Below, in pieces: positions 1 to 13,278 of a stretch of 64,000 nucleotides of DNA (positions are counted from its first letter, which is position 1; every line of letters begins with the position of its first letter). Source of the DNA: Podarcis vaucheri (Eukaryota); assembly GCA_965113315.1 (NCBI GenBank), contig OZ220376.1. The stretch is one strand, 5' to 3'. The notes beneath the pieces are model-generated. The model saw only the letters and a program-made list of their open reading frames with translations. It ran no database searches and was not told where the DNA came from. The position numbers and the translations under genes are program-made.

Positions 1-430
1 TTTGCAATCTGAAGTACTGCATGGCTACAAGGTATTATTCTCCTGCTGCCCACACTAACAGCTTTGCTGGCTTCATTTACACAAGAACTTCCCGAACAAG
101 CATCCAGCTGCTATCAGGAGGCAGCTCCTTGAAGCAGAAAAGCAACATGGTTGAGGGCCTGTTATTACAACAGTAGCTGAGACCCACTTCAGCACGAGAG
201 TCCCATTAGCAAGGTGTGTACCACATCCAGACATTTGGCAACCAACAACTTGGAAGGAGCAACAGGGGGAAAAGGGGGAGGCAGGCTGTAAATTTTGAGA
301 GGATCAACAAGGTTCTCCAGGCATGTGGTTGGTAATGTTGAAGTGCAGGAGCTCACTGTGACAGCCCTTAGAGCCACGCTTCCAAAGAGCGTCGAAAAAT
401 GCAGGCAGTTTTCCTGAACTCATTCACATA

Positions 431-656
431 CAGTGGTACCTCAGGTTAAGTACTTAGTTCGTTACGGAGGTCCGTACTTAACCTAAAACTGTTCTTAACC
501 TGAAGCACCACTTTAGCTAATGGGGCCTCCTGCTGCTGCTGCACCGCTGGAGCACGATTTCTGTTCTCATCCTGAAGCAAAGTTCTTAACCTGAAGCACT
601 ATTTCTGGGTTAGCGGAGTCTGTAACCTGAAGCGTATGTAACCCGAGGTACCACTG
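431..656 (+). mobile_element. Tigger/pogo-like (Tc1-mariner) MITE, family A, copy 1
   Basis: TIR CAGTGGTACCTC...GAGGTACCACTG flanked by TA on both sides; internal TTAACCTGAA repeats; six further copies in the window. Strand is arbitrary (orientation A). Confidence 0.92.
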
Positions 657-1024
657 TATATGTATCACACACACAACACACACACAGCAGTATGTAGCAG
701 CAACAGTCCCTAGCGCAATGCCCAAACCCTATGCATAGTTTACTCCAATGCTATGACTCCAGTCCTATGCAAAGTTGCCCAGGAGTAAACTCCCTTGAGC
801 TCAAGTGGTGTTTAATTCTGACTGCATAGGTTCAGCTTGTAACACTGAGGTTTAACAAAAGAGATTCAGCCAGCTGAAACGCAACTTTTAGTATTTAATA
901 AGAGGTGCAAGCAACCTTGCAGGGAAGTGTAGGAACACCATCCAAAAAAAGAGAAAGAAGTACCCAGCCTCTATTTGATTCCTTGCCCCCATTCTCTGAC
1001 TTCCTCTGTGGTAGTCTGCCATAA

Positions 1025-1372
1025 AGGTAAAGGTAAAGGTACCCCTGCCCGAACGGGCCAGTCTTGACAGACTCTGGGGTTTGTGCGCCCATCTCACATC
1101 TATAGGCCGGGGGCCAGCGCTGTCCGGAGACACTTCCGGGTCACGTGGCCAGCGTGACAAAGCTGCATCTGGCGAGCCAGCGCAGCACACGGAACGCCGT
1201 TTACCTTCCCGCTGGTAAGCGGTACCTATTTATCTACTTGCACCCGGGGGTGCTTTCGAACTGCTAGGTTGGCAGGCGCTGGGACCGAGCAGTGGGAGCG
1301 CACCCCGCCGCGGGGATTCGATCGGCAAGCCCTAGGCGCTGAGGCTTTTACCCACAGCGCCACCCGCGTCCC
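1025..1372 (-). mobile_element. Sauria SINE (divergent subfamily)
   Basis: Minus strand starts GGGACGCGGGTGGCGCTGTGGG and ends in an (ACCTTT)n tail; TSD GTCTGCCATAA at 1014-1024 and 1373-1383. Confidence 0.92.
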
Positions 1373-2099
1373 GTCTGCCATAAGCAATAGCAAAATCAGA
1401 AAGTCTTGTCATCACCTTTGCTTGCCCGGCTAAGAATGGCAGACGATGCCATCACTCCTGCCCCCCCCCCAAAAAAAAACCCCTGTTCTGGAGCTGTTCT
1501 CTCCCTTTACTATGCAACCAACAATGATGTTATCAGCCTCCACTCCACTTCTAAGAACTGTGTTGTTTTTAATTTTTCATGTTCTTATTGTGTGGTTTGT
1601 CTTCTTTTTACTGTTATAAACAACTTTGATACATTTTTGCAATATTTTTAATATAATTCCGGTGCTCAATTTTTAAAATTAATTTTACTTTATACACTGC
1701 CTTTCATTGGAATAGTTCAAAGCAGAGGACCTGGTTCTCCACTCACCCTCTTTAACTGCTCAGCAACTCAGTAGAGGCAGGTTAGGTTGACTCTGTGTGT
1801 GTCTGGCCCAAGGTTTCCCTCTCAAGGAATCCCAGGAGCTATAGGGTGTTGGAAATTGTAACTCTGTGAGAGAGAAACTACACTTCCCATGAGTTGCAGT
1901 GCCTGTATCCAAAAAAGCTTTTTACAAATATGGAGCCTTGCTTAAGCACCACTGACTTATGTTTAACAGGTCTTACTCTCAAGGAGGTCCATGTGTAGTA
2001 ATGCAGCCTAACAGACCTACTGAAGTCCACAATTTTAGGCACTCACTTCCTCCAAATACCGCACCACTGATTTAAAGCCCATTCTGCATGTCAGGCCTA

Positions 2100-2454
2100 G
2101 GGACTCAGGTGGCACTGTGGGTTAAACCACAGAGCCAAGGACTTGCCAATCAGAAGGTTGGTGGTTCGAATCCCCACGACGGGGTGAGCTCCCGTCGCTC
2201 GGTCCCTGCTCCTGCTAACCTAGCAGTTCGAAAACACGTCAAAGTGCAAGTAGATAAATAGGTACTGCTCTAGCGGGAAGGTAAACGGCGTTTCCGTGCG
2301 CTGCTCTGGTTCACCAGAAGCGGCTTAGTCATGCTGGCCACATGACTTGGAAGCTGTACACCGGCTCCCTCGGCCAATAAAGCAAGATGAGCGCCCCAAC
2401 CCCAGAGTCGGCCACGACTGGACCTAATGGTCAGGGGTCCCTTTACCTTTACCT
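2100..2454 (+). mobile_element. Sauria SINE (POM/Squam1-type), full length
   Basis: tRNA-like head with B box GGTTCGAATCC, AAGTGCAAGTAGATAAATAGG core, CTTTACCTTTACCT tail. Confidence 0.95.
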
Positions 2455-3721
2455 ACATCTCAGGAATTCTGAAAAATGTACTGTGCTAGACTTGATGGGC
2501 CTTTGGGATTGATCCAACAGAGCTTTGCTGAGTTCTTCTTAATTGCTTTCACTTCACTCATTCCTGCTAGCACTGGGAAGAAACTACCCACAACCCCTGC
2601 TCTAGCATTGTGGCTGAACAAGGAATCAGGTTTTTGTAATGGAACAAACCATGGTGATAAGCTAGGGCTTGTCCTTGGCTCATCAACCGTGGTTTGTTTG
2701 AGTTCAGAGATGGTGGTTTTTTCCCTCCCCAGGCTAGCAGGGTTGAGGGAAGCAGGGGCAATGAGCTCACGTGTGATAAGCTCTGGTTTATGGCCTATTG
2801 TGCCATGTGGGTGTGGCCTTTGAGGTGTTGAAGCTATTCTAGAACAATAGCCCAAAATCAAACTATACTGCTGCATATTGTGCTGAACACAGGCACAATA
2901 GTTCTGCTAAGTCTTCAAGGTGCTGACAAGGCTCTGTTGTGTCATACCAGAATATGTCTGTCTGGAGCCGCTTGACCTCAAGCTGTTTGTGTGAAGGATC
3001 AAAGAAGCCAGTCAGTTCTTCAGCTAAAGTGTGATTTTTAACAGATGTTTTGGTATCCTGGTTCTCAGATCTCCTCAGGCTCCCTTTAGCATGTGGATGC
3101 ATGGCTAAGGGTTGCCCAGGTCATAGAAGCTTATGAGCTACCTTTGATCATGTTAGATCTGACCCAACTTGCTACTCTAACTGGCAGTAGCTAACCTGTG
3201 GTCTCCAGCCAATGTCTTGCAGATGTTGTTCTCATCACTTGATGGGACTTTTGACGTGCACAGCACATACTCCACCACTCGTCCTCTCCCACAGGTCGAC
3301 TTTGACATTGGAGCAACCAAACCAAAAGCTGAGACTCCATTAATTCTGGGATGTGGGATCAGCTTAGCAAATGGATTGGGCAGGCAGGGATGGTCACAGG
3401 TCAAACAGAACCTTCAAGAGTGAACACAACCCATATATAACTCTGGTGCGAAGGCCTATCCATCAAGGCAAAGTGGTGGCCGTGAGCACAATGGGGCTCT
3501 TGAGGCCTTCCCCTGGCACCCATGAGGCCTCTGAGCCTCTCCACTCAGCTGTCTCTGAGGACATGAGGTAGTGAGGGGAGGTTTCACCCTGACATCTCGC
3601 GGGGTCAGGCCACCGCCAGGGCCCAGCGCCCTGAAGGAGGAACAAGCTGCATTGGCTCTGGCGCTTCGCGTCTCATTCCTCCCTCGATTTGAGGGCCAGG
3701 GAGCGATGGTGCCTTTCCCCA

Positions 3722-3840
3722 GCCTATACTTCTGTTGATGCAGCCTAGAATAGCATTAGCCTTTTTTTGCTGCTGCTGCTGCATCACACTGTTGACTCAT
3801 GTTAAGCTTGTGGCCCACTAAGCCTTTAGATCCTTTCCCC
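3722..3840 (-). mobile_element. CR1 LINE ORF2 fragment
   Basis: Minus frame encodes KKANAILGCINRSI, a typical CR1 ORF2 C-terminal motif. Confidence 0.8.
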
Positions 3841-4283
3841 TTGTACAGCTAGTAAGCCACAGATTCTGGCAACTGCTAGCATGGAGGAGGAGGAATGTGG
3901 TCCTCTAGCTACTGCTGGACGGCATCTCCCATCATCCCATGGGCCACGTTGGCTGGGCCTGATAGGAGTTGGGAGGTTCCACCAACATCTGGAGCCACCC
4001 AGAGTGGCCAGGGCGGCCCAGTTGGATGGGTGGGGTAAAAATATCATCCTCATCATCTGGAGGGTAACAGCTTCCTCATTCATGCTGTGCTACAGAGGAA
4101 TGCTATAGATCCTCTTAACCCAGTTGACATGTTTCTGTTGAAACAAAAGTTGAAATGCCAGTCTGACCCATCCCCCCAGTATGGTGCAAGTGATCACATA
4201 GGTGTTGGTGGATGTGGTTTCTGATGCAATCTGTTGCTGTCAGGCAAGAAGCAAGGCTGATTTTACTTCTCTTTTCTTTTCAG

Positions 4284-4318
4284 AATAATACTGTAATAAT
4301 AAAAATTCTACGGATGTG
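4284..4318 (+). other. Candidate 35-nt exon of an unidentified host transcript
   Basis: Branch-like GCTGAT, long polypyrimidine tract ending TTTTCAG, then 35 nt and donor TG|GTAGGG. Only one frame is open (NNTVIIKILRM). Confidence 0.35.
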
Positions 4319-4616
4319 GTAGGGGAGGGAAATCCTCTTTACCTCAACCAGGAAGACTCAAAAGCACTTTTGTTTTGTCAGTTTTTTGCGGGGGCGGGGT
4401 GTTAACAACTTACTTCTACACACCCTTTTCTTGGGAGTAAGCCCCACAGGTTTCAGTGGGGCAGTGGCTTTCAACTGGTCCAGATCCAAGATTCCCCTCT
4501 TACTTCCAAGCTGTGACATGGGACCCACTTTTACATTTTTGCATTTGAATTCTGCTTAATAGGGTTAATAACACTCGTTATTTGATCTTAAAAGGGCAGA
4601 CAATAGGGAGTATGTT

Positions 4617-4978
4617 ACGCGGGTGGCGCTGTGGGTTAAACCACAGAGCCTAGGACTTGCCAATCAGAAGGTCAGCGGTTCGAATCCCCATGACGGGGTG
4701 AGCTCCTGTTGCTTGGTCCCTGCTCCTGCCAACCTAGGAGTTCGAAAGCATGTCAGAGTGCAAGTAGATAAATAGGTACTGCTCCGGCAGGAAGGTAAAC
4801 GGCGTTTCCATGCGCTGCTCTGGTTCTCCAGAAGCGACTTAGTCATGCTGGCCACATGACCTGGAAGCTGTCTGCGGACAAACGCCGGCTCCCTCAGCCA
4901 ATAAAGCGAGATGAGCGCCGCAATCCCAGAGTTGTTCGCAACTGGACTTAACTGTCAGGGATCCTTTTACCTTTACCT
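4617..4978 (+). mobile_element. Sauria SINE
   Basis: ACGCGGGTGGCGCTGTGGGTTAAACC head through TTTACCTTTACCT tail; near-identical to the 2100-2454 copy. Confidence 0.95.
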
Positions 4979-5261
4979 CAGGGTTACTACTAAATGAAAA
5001 CTAGTTCTGCAAAGTGGCAAGAGAAAGCTGTGAGCCTGTGGTTAACCAGAAATACGTATCTTATTTAAAAGAATGGTTCATCCCATTCAGCACTCGTGGA
5101 AATTGATAAAATGAGCTTCTAATCACAATATCATGCCCTAGTCCTGGCACACGTATAGTTCTGCTCTGGTCTAGTCAGCCTAAGCTGGAATCCAGCATGG
5201 TGGCCCCAGCTTTGCTGCAGCCCACCTGGTATGGCCTCCCGATCTACCTGTGGGTTCTGAC

Positions 5262-5619
5262 CAGTGTTAGAAACTCAGACATATAAGCTAGGCGCCAAAT
5301 GGCCCCTTAAACTAGGGTTGTGGTCGCCAAAAATGCCTAGTTGCCATTTTGGGGCCAGACAGCTCGAAAATTGTATTTTTCAATACAACTTTTTGGTTCC
5401 GGAAATTCGTTCTGATTGTGCAGATAAAAAATAATGGATAGAATTCTATAGGATGTGTCGCTAATGTGTGAAAACTGTCAAGATCCAAGGATCCCCAGGC
5501 ATGCAGCTCCGGATGGTGGAGAAGTCAGTTGCCATCCTGGCGCCTGGGCATCTTCACTTGGTCACAAGTGGCCGATAGCCAGGTGCAAAATGTTCCTGGC
5601 ACCTGAATTTCAAACACTG
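5262..5619. mobile_element. hAT non-autonomous DNA transposon
   Basis: TIRs CAGTGTTAGAAACTCAG / CTGAATTTCAAACACTG; degenerate 8-bp TSD GTTCTGAC / GTCCCAAC. Confidence 0.8.
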
Positions 5620-6384
5620 GTCCCAACCCACTGCTTGAAGACCTGTGCAGTGGGATATACTTCTGAGGAAGCAGGCATAGGATCATGCTTTAGACCTCTT
5701 TCAGCAGAAAGAAATAGTGGTTGTATGGTATTGAAAGGCTAACGGATCGGTTTATTGCATCAGTTTTTGTGTTTTGGAGTCACACACCCAGGGTGAAGTA
5801 AAGCCTTCATGCATGCCGTGAAGCGGACTTCAATCTTATGATCAAATTATCTTTCTGTTTTGTTTTGAAACTTTCCTTTTGCTTGAAAATGTTCTCAGCT
5901 GTTACTGTTGCAGTGTGTATTTTGGTTTTTTTATGTTTTGTACACTACTTGCTTTTGTCTGAGCTTTTCTTTGCTCTTGTATGCCTGCCTGTTGTGTGTG
6001 CACACACCTTAAGAGATGGTTTCAGGAAAAGGGGGCAAAGGCTTCAGCTGTGGGGCTGCCCCCTTTGAGAAGTCTGGTGCTGGCCATAAGCCTGCTGTAC
6101 TTATTGAAGAGCAAGAGTTAGCCAGCCACTTTTAACATTTTTGATTAAAAGAGTAAATACACACACACACATATCTGGAAAAAAAATATTCAGAACATGA
6201 AATGTTCAAAATTAGCCAGGCACCCTGTGCATTTTGTGACTGGCATGGGTCCAATTGAGACCATGTGAGATCTCTGGATTTAGTGGCTGGGTTGGCAACT
6301 GACATCTCCACCTGGCTGGCCCCTCCAGCTTTCTTAAGCAGGTAAGCAGAAGAGCCTGCGTACTGCATGTATATTACACCTTTT

Positions 6385-6550
6385 CCTCCAAGGAGTATAT
6401 AGTTCACCCTCCCCTTCACACTTAATGCTTACAATGACCATGTTAGGTAAATTAAGAGACTGCGATTGGCCCAAGGTTACCCAGTGAGCTTTATGGGTAG
6501 GGATTTGAACCCTGATCTCCCAGGTGCTGGTCCAACACTCTAACCATGAC
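6385..6550 (-). mobile_element. MIR/Squam3-like core SINE fragment
   Basis: GGCCCAAGGTTACCCAGTGAGC...GGGATTTGAACCC is the reverse complement of a tRNA B box plus the core region. Confidence 0.6.
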
Positions 6551-6751
6551 CTTGGCTTCCTAGAGCACTTCTGCTATGGGGCAGCTATATAAATTAAGCA
6601 GGTAAATAAATATGGGAGAAACAAAATGTCACTTAGAGAAGGATCTGTGATATTTTCCTTGAAGCTTGCATTTGTTTTATTCAGGCTTGTTTTATTTGCA
6701 GTTTTAATGTATTGTCAACCGCTTTGAGATTTTTTTCTTTAAAGTCTAAAG

Positions 6752-6887
6752 CAGGCATAGGCAAACTCGGCCCTCCAGATGTTTTGGGACTACAACTCCC
6801 ATCATCCCTAGCTAACAGGACCAGTGATCAGGGATGATGGGAATTGTAGTCTCAAAACATCTGGGGGGCTGAGTTTGCCTTTGCCTG
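6752..6887. mobile_element. Palindromic hAT (Charlie-like) MITE
   Basis: Near-perfect 136-bp hairpin CAGGCATAGGCAAACTC...GAGTTTGCCTTTGCCTG; perfect 8-bp TSD GTCTAAAG. Confidence 0.93.
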
Positions 6888-9800
6888 GTCTAAAGTGATA
6901 TTGAAATGAAATTTATAAAATAAGGCTCATTGAAGAAGAATAAAAAGTGCCTAGACATTCCGTTGTGGCAACTGTAACCTAGGTTTAAGGCGCCATTTGG
7001 CAATTAACTTACATATCTGAGTTTCTAACGCTGAGAACATGTGAACCATAATTATGTAGCCCAGCCAGGGCAACAAGCCCCATCCTATCTGATGGATGGC
7101 CCTGTTGGCTGTGACCAGTAATAGGCCTGAGATCTCCACTGCTTGGTCAGATACAGGAATGTCCACCATCTAATCCACAGTGTTATTCTGCTGAGTTTGG
7201 GGTTGGGTATATTGCAGAAGGCCATCCCTGACCATTGGCCATGTTGGTTAAGCCTGAGGAAGTTGGGTGCCCAGCAGTGCCAGGAGGCCCACAGGGTCCT
7301 CACCTCTGGGCTGAAGACTGCTAAGGATGTGCTCTGGTGAGGGGAGCTCAGGAATCTTAACAGCAAAAACGCCTGTTGAAGGGCAAGCCATATGCATATG
7401 CACACCCACAAGCAAAGAGGAGCTGTGAGATTCACCACTGATGGAATGTCATGGCTGCTTTTGAAGTGTCAGTACAATTCCATAATGAGTATCATCAGCC
7501 AGATAACATCCCATAGATATGTTCCGTTTGATCTATTTCTGGAGCGTGCAGAATTGGGAAGAAAAATGAGGGAGATGCTTAATAATTTTGTGGCAAAAGC
7601 TAAGACTCCACCAAATTGTTGTGGAGACCGCTCCCAGCTCAAGGGATGTATTTTCTCCCCTTCTCACGCTGATATCACACAAGCTTTGTTCTGTGGGCTG
7701 CCCTCTCTGAAAAAGGAAACAATTTGTTTCATTCAGACCTCGAAATGTTTCTGTGTATTCCATTTCCAACACACAGCTGGGTCTTTCTCTCCCAGTGAAT
7801 AGGGTGATCGTAGACGAGTCTGCTCATTGAGTTCAGTGGGATCTCCTTCCATATTGGTGGGTCACATTTAGGCTGCAATCCTATACGCTGTCATGTTCAC
7901 TTCGTAGAGTCTGGTATGGCTGCTTTGTAAAGTCCAGTCAAAGCTAAAGCTGAAACTGGTTCCAAATTTTATGTCTTAAACCCATAGGTGGTCAAAAATG
8001 AGCCATGTTTGCAAGCCACCAACAAAAGTGGCTTCACTCTGGCCATGACAGTGTGAACATGCTGGCTCCCAAGAATGTAGGAATGTTTTGTTCCTGGATT
8101 ATTTAGGAAAACTTTTTGTTGCAGAGCATGGTTCAGGAAGAGGAGACATCATAATCCAGGGTTTGGACAATGTGCTTAAACCAGTAGTGTTCATCTTTTT
8201 CACACCCAGGATCCACCTTATCCAAACATACATTTGGAGACCAATTTATTGATATTTTACCATATATTTGTACGGTAGGTTGTGACCCACCTTGGATCCA
8301 GCCATGACACAGTAATGGTTCCCAAACCACCAGCTGAAGATCAGTGTGCTAAGCCCGAACCTTGGTTGGAGTGGAGCAAAGTGGTTGCAGTCTCTTCCTT
8401 GGAAGCCATTGTGTTTGTGCAATGCTGCTAAACTATGGTTTGACCCAGTGCTATGTGTGAATGAGGCTGTTGTGGTTTGCTGCCAGAAATCAAACCATGG
8501 TTAGTCCGCTGGGCTGGGGCTGGTTCTGAACAAACCACAGTGTAGCGAAACAAACCCTTGCTTGGTATTGAGAGCTATAGTGTTTCAGCTAGGAGTTCAT
8601 ACCCATCCAACACATGAAGGGTATAATAGAAGCCCTATGACCTTGCTCTCTGACCAATTATAGGCATGTAAACAACTCCCCCTCCCATTTGTTGCCAATA
8701 ACAAGACCCCCACCCTCAAACACTTGAATGCACAGACTTTAAGAGCAGGACAAGCGAGTTTGTGCATTGTCCCCTCTACATGTTGGATGTATGCACAACC
8801 CTAATGCCTTCCTCCATGTTCATATTTAGTCTCCCCTTTAAGTCTACTTATATAACTCTAGCGGGTGGTGGGACTTCTGGAGCGCAGTGCCTTTCTAAAA
8901 CGGATATTGCTGTTTTTCTGAAAATTGCTTACTTTGTAAGATGGACTGTTCTATTTATCTGTATGCACCTGAGCATCCTTTATGTATCCCCCCCCCCCGC
9001 TGACTTCGTTAAGCTCCTTCTAAATTACATTGTTTTTATGGGGCTCAACACATTGCCTTGCTAAAGATGCTCATGCGGAAGGTAATTAGCATTGAATTTT
9101 GCAGTGTGATGGATTGTGGTGAAGCTTAATTGCGGCTTGTAGGTGCGTTGAGCTCTCTATACATATATTTATGCTTAGCTGTGTGATTTTTTTCTCTCTC
9201 TTTTGGAATTGCTACAAGCAGCTGAGTTTCTATTTTGATAACAACTCACTGCTTGGCCATTCCATAAAAGTGTGTGTTGCTGCTGTCATTTTTTAAAAGT
9301 GAAAACAACATTATGCAATATAACACAGGGTCACTGCTTCAGACAAGGGGTGGGGCACCTTCAGCCCTCGAAATGTTGGATTGCAGACCATGCTTGCCAA
9401 CCTTCACTGTGGCTTGTTGAAACCAGGCAGCTTCTTGGCCCATGGTCTGAAGTTGCCTTCCCCACCCCCCAAACAAACCATAGTTAAGATGAATCATACA
9501 AACCATAGTTAAGATTAATGGTTTTAAGTGGCATGACAAGCCACTCGCAGTAGCTCATTCTCATATGGTTTGATGTGACATCTAAACAGTGCCAATGCTA
9601 TTTCACTACTTTTGAGTTATTTTTATCTGCTTCTTCCTTGTAGCCATTATGCAGAACCAAGTCAGAACTTACTAATTTCCCATACCTTACATTATTTTTA
9701 ATGGAAGGTATGCCCATATCCATCCTTTTCTTTAGAATCTCTCAAGTTGATTCTACAAGCAATTTGTTCCGTTCTGCAACTGGTCTGCTAATCAGAGGTT

Positions 9801-10367
9801 GCAGTTTGAACTTATCACCCTTTGTCATCCTTTGTGGTGTTAGATTACCTTTGCTGTTGAGATTACAGATGTCCTTCTCCTTGTTTGAGGCTGTTTTTCA
9901 AAAGGTGGAAGGTCACCAAAAACTCCTCAGTATTAAAGGCTGAGAAAACTCTGTTCTTTTATCCTTTCTTTTACTGCATGTTTTTACAGCTTCTATCATC
10001 TTTGACTGTCTCTTCCAGTTTCTCTGGTGCTGCTTTAAATTGTGGCCAAACTGCTGTTCCTTCTATTATCTTAAGAAAAGGAAAAAGTGGTTCCTGCTTT
10101 TCTTCACAGCATTGAATCAACCTTTTTGCTGTTTGCTATTCTCTATCTCAGCTCAGACGTCTGATTCGAGCCATTGCTAAGGGAAACTTCACTATGGTTT
10201 GCAATCAGCTGGCAAACCAGAATTCGAAACTGTGGTTTGATGTTGCTGAACTTCTATGTGCCCTGCAGCTTTTGAAAGTTCAGAGTTAGGTCAGGGGGTG
10301 GGTATAGCGAAGGGGCAAAACTCTACCCACTATACCACACTGGCTCTCTGGGTAGCATCTCTCCAGG

Positions 10368-10415
10368 ATTGGACTAGATGACCCTCATGGTCCCTTCCAG
10401 TTCTGTGATTCTATG
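10368..10415 (+). mobile_element. CR1 3' terminal fragment
   Basis: TTGGACTAGATGACCCTC...GGTCCCTTCCAG...TTCTGTGATTCTATG, the CR1 3' hairpin and octamer tail. Confidence 0.75.
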
Positions 10416-10585
10416 CAAAGCATGCGCTCTTCCACCTAGTCACAACCAGCATAATGCAAAAATGGAATTGAACAAACAACAAAATCTAACATTTGATGCA
10501 GGGGCAGACCTGCTGGATTAGGGCAAGGGGGCCAATTTGCTGCAGCATCCTCTCTCCAGCCAGATTCCTCTGAGACATTGGAATA

Positions 10586-10827
10586 CAGTGGTACCTCAGG
10601 TTAAGAATTTAATTCGTTCTAGAGGTCTGTTCTTAACCTGAAACTATTCTTAACCTGAAGCACCACTTTAGCTAATGGGGCCTCCTGCTTCCACTGCGCT
10701 GCCGCCGCACGATTTCTGTTCTCATCCTGAAGCAAAGTTCTTAACCCGAGGTACTATTTCTGGGTTAGTGGAGTCTGTAACCTAAAGCGTATGTAACCTG
10801 ATGTGTATGTAACCCGAGGTACCACTG
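10586..10827 (+). mobile_element. Tigger-like MITE family A, copy 2
   Basis: CAGTGGTACCTC TIRs, TA TSD. Confidence 0.92.
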
Positions 10828-11570
10828 TATAGCTTACTGATCGCTGTTGACTCCACCCCCCAACCACCACCAAAATTGAGTTTTCAACCCTTCTTAGGTT
10901 AATCAGTGGTGTCCTCAAAAGCTTAAAACTATTTTTGGATAACTTGAGCAAATATTGCCAATCCTGTTGGCTCAAAGTAGCCCCTTGAAAGGAAGAATGG
11001 AGATAAAGTAAAAGGAATCCCACATGACAAGCTGAGCAGCCTTTGGGGTAAAACTGGAAGATTTAGATAAGCCGCCTCTTCTCTCTAAATGCCTTGCCGT
11101 CCGGGTGCCAAAGAGGTCATCCTGGAATTTTGGCTTGCCCAACATTTAATCATTGTCTTAAATATCTCCTTTATGGGCAGATGCCAAAGCCGGATTATTA
11201 CCACTCCCTAACCTTTGGGCAGTTTTGAGATATTTATGACTCCATTTTTTCCCCAGAAACTGAGGAAGCTGAAAAAGCTCGCGCTGCAAGTGTTTTGTTA
11301 CTTAAAACAAATCCGCCCAGGCAACAAAAAGCAGTTAGGATTGATGGCAAATTAGGAGAGGGCCGGGGAAACATTTTTTGACCAAGGGCCACATTTCCTT
11401 GGGGTTCCCCTTCTGAGGACTGCATGCCATTGGTGGGCAGAGCAGCAAAAGTAAATTTTGCTTTCGGGCAGTGGGCTGTCCTCTAGATTACACTCACAGG
11501 GTTGTTCAGAAGGGAATGCAACGCTTGGGCTGAAAAAGTTTCTTCACCCCTGGCTTACACCGATTCTGGC

Positions 11571-12030
11571 CTGACTGCATTGGCTGCCAAATAGCTTCTA
11601 GGCCCAAATAGCTTCATAGGCTGGTGTTTACCTATGAAGACTTATGTGGCTCAGGACTTCAATACCTGAAGGACCGCTTCTCCCCATATGAACTGACCCA
11701 GACCCTGTGCTTGTCATCCAAGGCTCTTCTCTTTGTCCCCACTCCCCGAGAAGTTCGCAGGGTGGCAGCACAAGGAGAGGCCTTTTCTGTGGTGGCTCCC
11801 CATCTGAGGAATGCTCTTCCCGGTGAGGCTCGCTTGGCACCATCATTACAGGTCTTTCAGCGCCAGGCAAAAACATTCCTCTGTACCCAGGCCTTTGGCA
11901 ATTAAGTAAACTCTGGCCTGTTAAAGGTGTGGAGGGGGGGACTGTTATTATAATTATTTTTATTACTATGCTTTGCTTTATGTCTTTATTATTATGCACC
12001 GTAAAATATGTTTTTAATGTTGCACACTGA
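11571..12030 (+). mobile_element. Older L2 LINE 3' fragment
   Basis: ORF 11624-11905 (YLKDRFSPY...AFSVVAPHLRNALP...KTFLCTQAF) matches the L2 ORF2 C-terminus; its tail resumes after the BovB insertion. Confidence 0.8.
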
Positions 12031-12043
12031 TAAAGGGCATTAT

Positions 12044-12565
12044 TGTTGTTGTTGTTGTTTAGTCGTTTAGTCGTGTCCGACTCTTCGTGACCCCATGGAC
12101 CAGAGCACGCCAGGCACTTCTGTCCTCCACTGCCTCCCGCAGTTTGATCAAACTCATGCTAGTAGCTTCAAGAACACCATCCAACCATCTCATTCTCTGT
12201 CGTCCCCTTCTCCTTGTGCCCTCCATCTTTCCCAACATCAGGGTCTTTTCCAGGGAGTCTTCTCTTCTCATGAGGTGGCCAAAGTATTGGAGCCTCAGCT
12301 TCACGATCTGTCCTTCCAGTGAGCACTCAGGGCTGATTTCCTTCAGAATGGAGAGGTTTGATCTTCTTGCAGTCCATGGGACTCTCAAGAGTCTCCTCCA
12401 GCACCATAATTCAAAAGCATCAATTCTTCGGCGATCAGCCATCTTTATGGTCCAGCTCTCACTTCCATACATCACTACTGGGAAAACCATGGCTTTTACT
12501 ATACGGACCTTTGTTGGCAAGGTGATGTCTCTGCTTTTTAAGATGTTGTTTAAAACTCCATGGAC
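12044..12565 (-). mobile_element. BovB (RTE) LINE, 5'-truncated 3' end
   Basis: ORF with KAMVFPVVMYGSESWT...YFGHLMRR...SRTRLND; (CAA)n tail; TSD AAAGGGCATTAT at 12032-12043 and 12566-12577. Confidence 0.95.
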
Positions 12566-12866
12566 AAAGGGCATTATATAAATTGAAATAATAATAATGA
12601 TGATGATGATGATGATGATGCCAGGGATGTGAACCTGGGACTGTCTGTATGACAAATCATACATCCTACCATCAAGCTAAGCTCCCTTCCCAAGTATGAG
12701 TGGAACATAGGAAGTTCCCAGGCCTGATGACACAAATAGAGCACATTCTTTGTGATAAACCCTGTGTTGTGGAACTACCTCTCCACAGAGGTACATCTGC
12801 CACCTTCAATATACTTCTTTTGGTGAATAATGAACATGCACCACTTAACCTTTACACCTGGGATGT

Positions 12867-13239
12867 GTGTTGGTGCTGACCTTTAAAGCCCTAAACGGCC
12901 TCGGTCCAGTATACCTGAAGGAGCGTCTCCACCTCCATCGTTCTACCCGGACACTGAGGTCCAGCACCGAGGGCCTTCTGGCGGTTCCCTCGCTGCGAGA
13001 AGCCAAGTTACAGGGAACCAGGCAGAGGGCCTTCTCGGCAGTGGCGCCCTCCCTGTGGAACGCCCTCCCACCAGATGTCAAAGAGAACAACTACTACCAG
13101 ACTTTTAGAAGACATCTGAAGGCAGCCCTGTTTAGGGAAGCTTTTAATGTTTGATGTATCACAGCATTTTAATATTCTTTTGGAAGCTGCCCAGAGTGGC
13201 TGGGGAAACCCAGCCAGATGGGTGGGGTATAAATAATAA

Positions 13240-13278
<39 letters not shown>

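Larger units (their letters stand above)
4462..5646. mobile_element. Old hAT-like non-autonomous element hosting two younger insertions
   Basis: Ends resemble degenerate hAT TIRs (CAGTGGCTTTCAAC... / ...GCTTGAAGACCTGTG); interrupted by a SINE and a second hAT. Boundaries are approximate. Confidence 0.45.

Noticed and set aside
431-656. Regularly spaced TTAACCTGAA repeats resembling a CRISPR array
   Set aside because: Internal repeats of a eukaryotic MITE; the spacers are the same between copies and there are no cas genes.
12059-12664. 201-aa ORF, the longest in the track
   Set aside because: BovB ORF2 C-terminus extended by chance through a microsatellite (poly-I); not a host gene.
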